From Vicinamibacteria bacterium (GTDB taxonomy: Bacteria > Acidobacteriota > Vicinamibacteria > Vicinamibacterales > JAENWD01), in NCBI GenBank assembly GCA_963818215.1, contig CAWFRL010000001.1:163151-227150 (forward strand): DNA of 64,000 nt. The letters are read 5' to 3'. Below the pieces are notes generated by a model, which worked only from the letters and a program-made list of their open reading frames with translations, was not told where the DNA came from and searched no databases. Shown piece by piece: positions 62,992 through 64,000 of the stretch. The position numbers were made by a program, and so were the translations under genes. Every line of letters begins with the position of its first letter. The first letter of the stretch is position 1.

Positions 62992-64000
62992 CGTGTTGAG
63001 AGTCGGCATGAGAGGAGCTGAGAGAAGTGTACGACGGCAGATGCCGGTAGATTCAGAGTCGATTCAGCTGAGGCCCGGCCGACCTGGTCGCACTGGGTAG
63101 CTAGGCTCGAAAGGTGTGAGTGATGAAGTGTTGTGTATTTGTGTGTGGAGATATATGTATTATAATAGGTTATAGTGTATATGTGCTAGTCCGCGCGTGC
63201 TGGGACGCCGGACTCGGAACGAGGAAAGATATATCGTGCGGCATTCTCTACATCGGGTGCGTCGCTAAGCCGTGCAGTCGGAGCTGGAGTAATAGCGGTT
63301 AGATCCAACTATCAGCACGCTCTAGACAGGTCGTGAGAGGATGACACTGAAAGACAAGCGGAGATTATGGTAGAAGATGAGAGAGATGGAACTGCAATAA
63401 GCGACAGAAGTCGTAGAGTCTAGAAGCGTGTCGAAGCGGAAATTTGCGAGCCGCTGAGAGACGCGCGTGTGGGATAGCGATAGAGTTTTCGACGACGCGG
63501 CGTTGCGTGGTCTGGCGCGAAGAGTGACGCCGCGGAGTGCCGAGAGGCCGATAGTGAGAAACGAGATATGAGCCGAGCCAGTAGAGACGTGACGTTCGTG
63601 ACATGGGGATTTGAGGGTGTGAGAGTAGACGATCAGCTTGTGCGGCGACGCTGAGAATGTGCGAACTGCTTGCGTTCTGCTGTGTTCAGCAGAAGAGGTA
63701 GGCTGGACACTACGCGATTCGGCGCATCACGTGTGCCGGTGTTAGTGTGGAGTGAAGACGTACGGGCGGAAAGAACCTGCAGGCGCTTGCAGGCGAGTTC
63801 GCGTGAACACGCGGGCCGATAATCGTCAGATGATTTGGCGAGGTATTCGAATGGAGCAATGACGCGCTCAGGGTCGAGAGTTCGAGACCCCTGCCGGCTT
63901 CATAAACAGAACGGAAGGTGGCTGAGCGTGAAAAAAGCTGGAACGCCGGCGCGAGAAAAGGCGAGCGTCGCGGTGAGCGCGTGAGGCCTACGGCGCGATA
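62992..64000. other. ORF-poor, purine-skewed, lower-GC sequence of unknown nature running to the window edge
   Basis: In the lines I counted, GC is about 43-55% and A+G about 62-72% on the plus strand. A second C-free patch lies at 63109-63185 (A/T/G only). No ORF of 60 aa or more on either strand after 63604, whereas the rest of the window is saturated with ORFs. Confidence 0.8.

Noticed and set aside
62668-63009. 113-aa minus-strand ORF rich in T, H, P, N, Q and K
   Set aside because: It is simply the reading of the guanine-free complement of the C-free tract, where TAG and TGA stops are impossible. It shows extreme low complexity and has no start context or homolog-like features.
63866-63905. 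tRNA- or tmRNA-like 3' fragment (cagggtcgagagttcgagacccctgccggcttca)
   Set aside because: It contains GTTCGAG and a 7-bp hairpin with one bulge, but the stem and loop sizes do not fit a T-arm (10-nt loop). No acceptor stem, anticodon arm or CCA context can be built around it.
63700-63960. RNase P, SRP, 6S or tmRNA gene in the ORF-free right edge
   Set aside because: I looked for hallmark strings (GAGGAAAGTCCGG and ACAGAACCCGGCTTA for RNase P, the tmRNA tag region and 3' end, the SRP GGAA motif context). Only scattered short resemblances turned up (ACAGAAC, CCGGCTT, in the wrong order).
1-64000. Mobile elements, prophage, or defence islands (restriction-modification, toxin-antitoxin, retron, reverse transcriptase)
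   Set aside because: No translation in any frame showed transposase DDE, integrase/recombinase, reverse-transcriptase, nuclease-helicase or phage structural motifs that I could recognise. Apart from the right edge, composition is uniform.

Overview
High-GC (about 70% by eye) chromosomal segment. It fits an Acidobacteriota-type genome best: a VWFA-related acidobacterial-domain protein, a PSCyt/DUF1549/DUF1553 plus DUF1501 gene pair, and very dense, mostly minus-strand operons with overlapping stop/start codons. I reconstruct about 51 protein genes. They include a LacI-controlled sugar locus (binding protein, permease, ribokinase, oxidoreductase, then a convergent IlvD/Edd dehydratase and HpcH aldolase); a glycan-degradation group (GH2, tannase/feruloyl esterase, CBM9-like DUF5916 protein); a four-gene PSCyt/DUF1501/WD40/PPC operon; a circularly permuted ATP-grasp / alpha-E / transglutaminase triad; two acyl-CoA dehydrogenases; and housekeeping blocks cmk-rpsA-ihfB and trpS-scpA-scpB-rluB. 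I recognised no rRNA, tRNA, CRISPR array, transposase, integrase or phage gene. Three sequence-level observations stand out. (1) About two thirds of the genes are interrupted by 1-6 frame switches, yet the protein sequence on both sides stays well conserved. This is most likely indel error from a long-read assembly, so coordinates for those genes are my stitched reconstructions, not single ORFs. (2) Most intercistronic gaps are filled by tandem arrays of 7-9 nt units from a few families, several arranged as inverted arrays able to form long hairpins. (3) Near 62.7 kb the sequence changes abruptly into a 253-nt cytosine-free G/T tract, followed by about 1 kb of ORF-poor, purine-skewed, lower-GC sequence running to the window edge. 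I cannot tell whether this is an artefact or biology. All family calls rest on motifs I recognise in the translations; no search was run.
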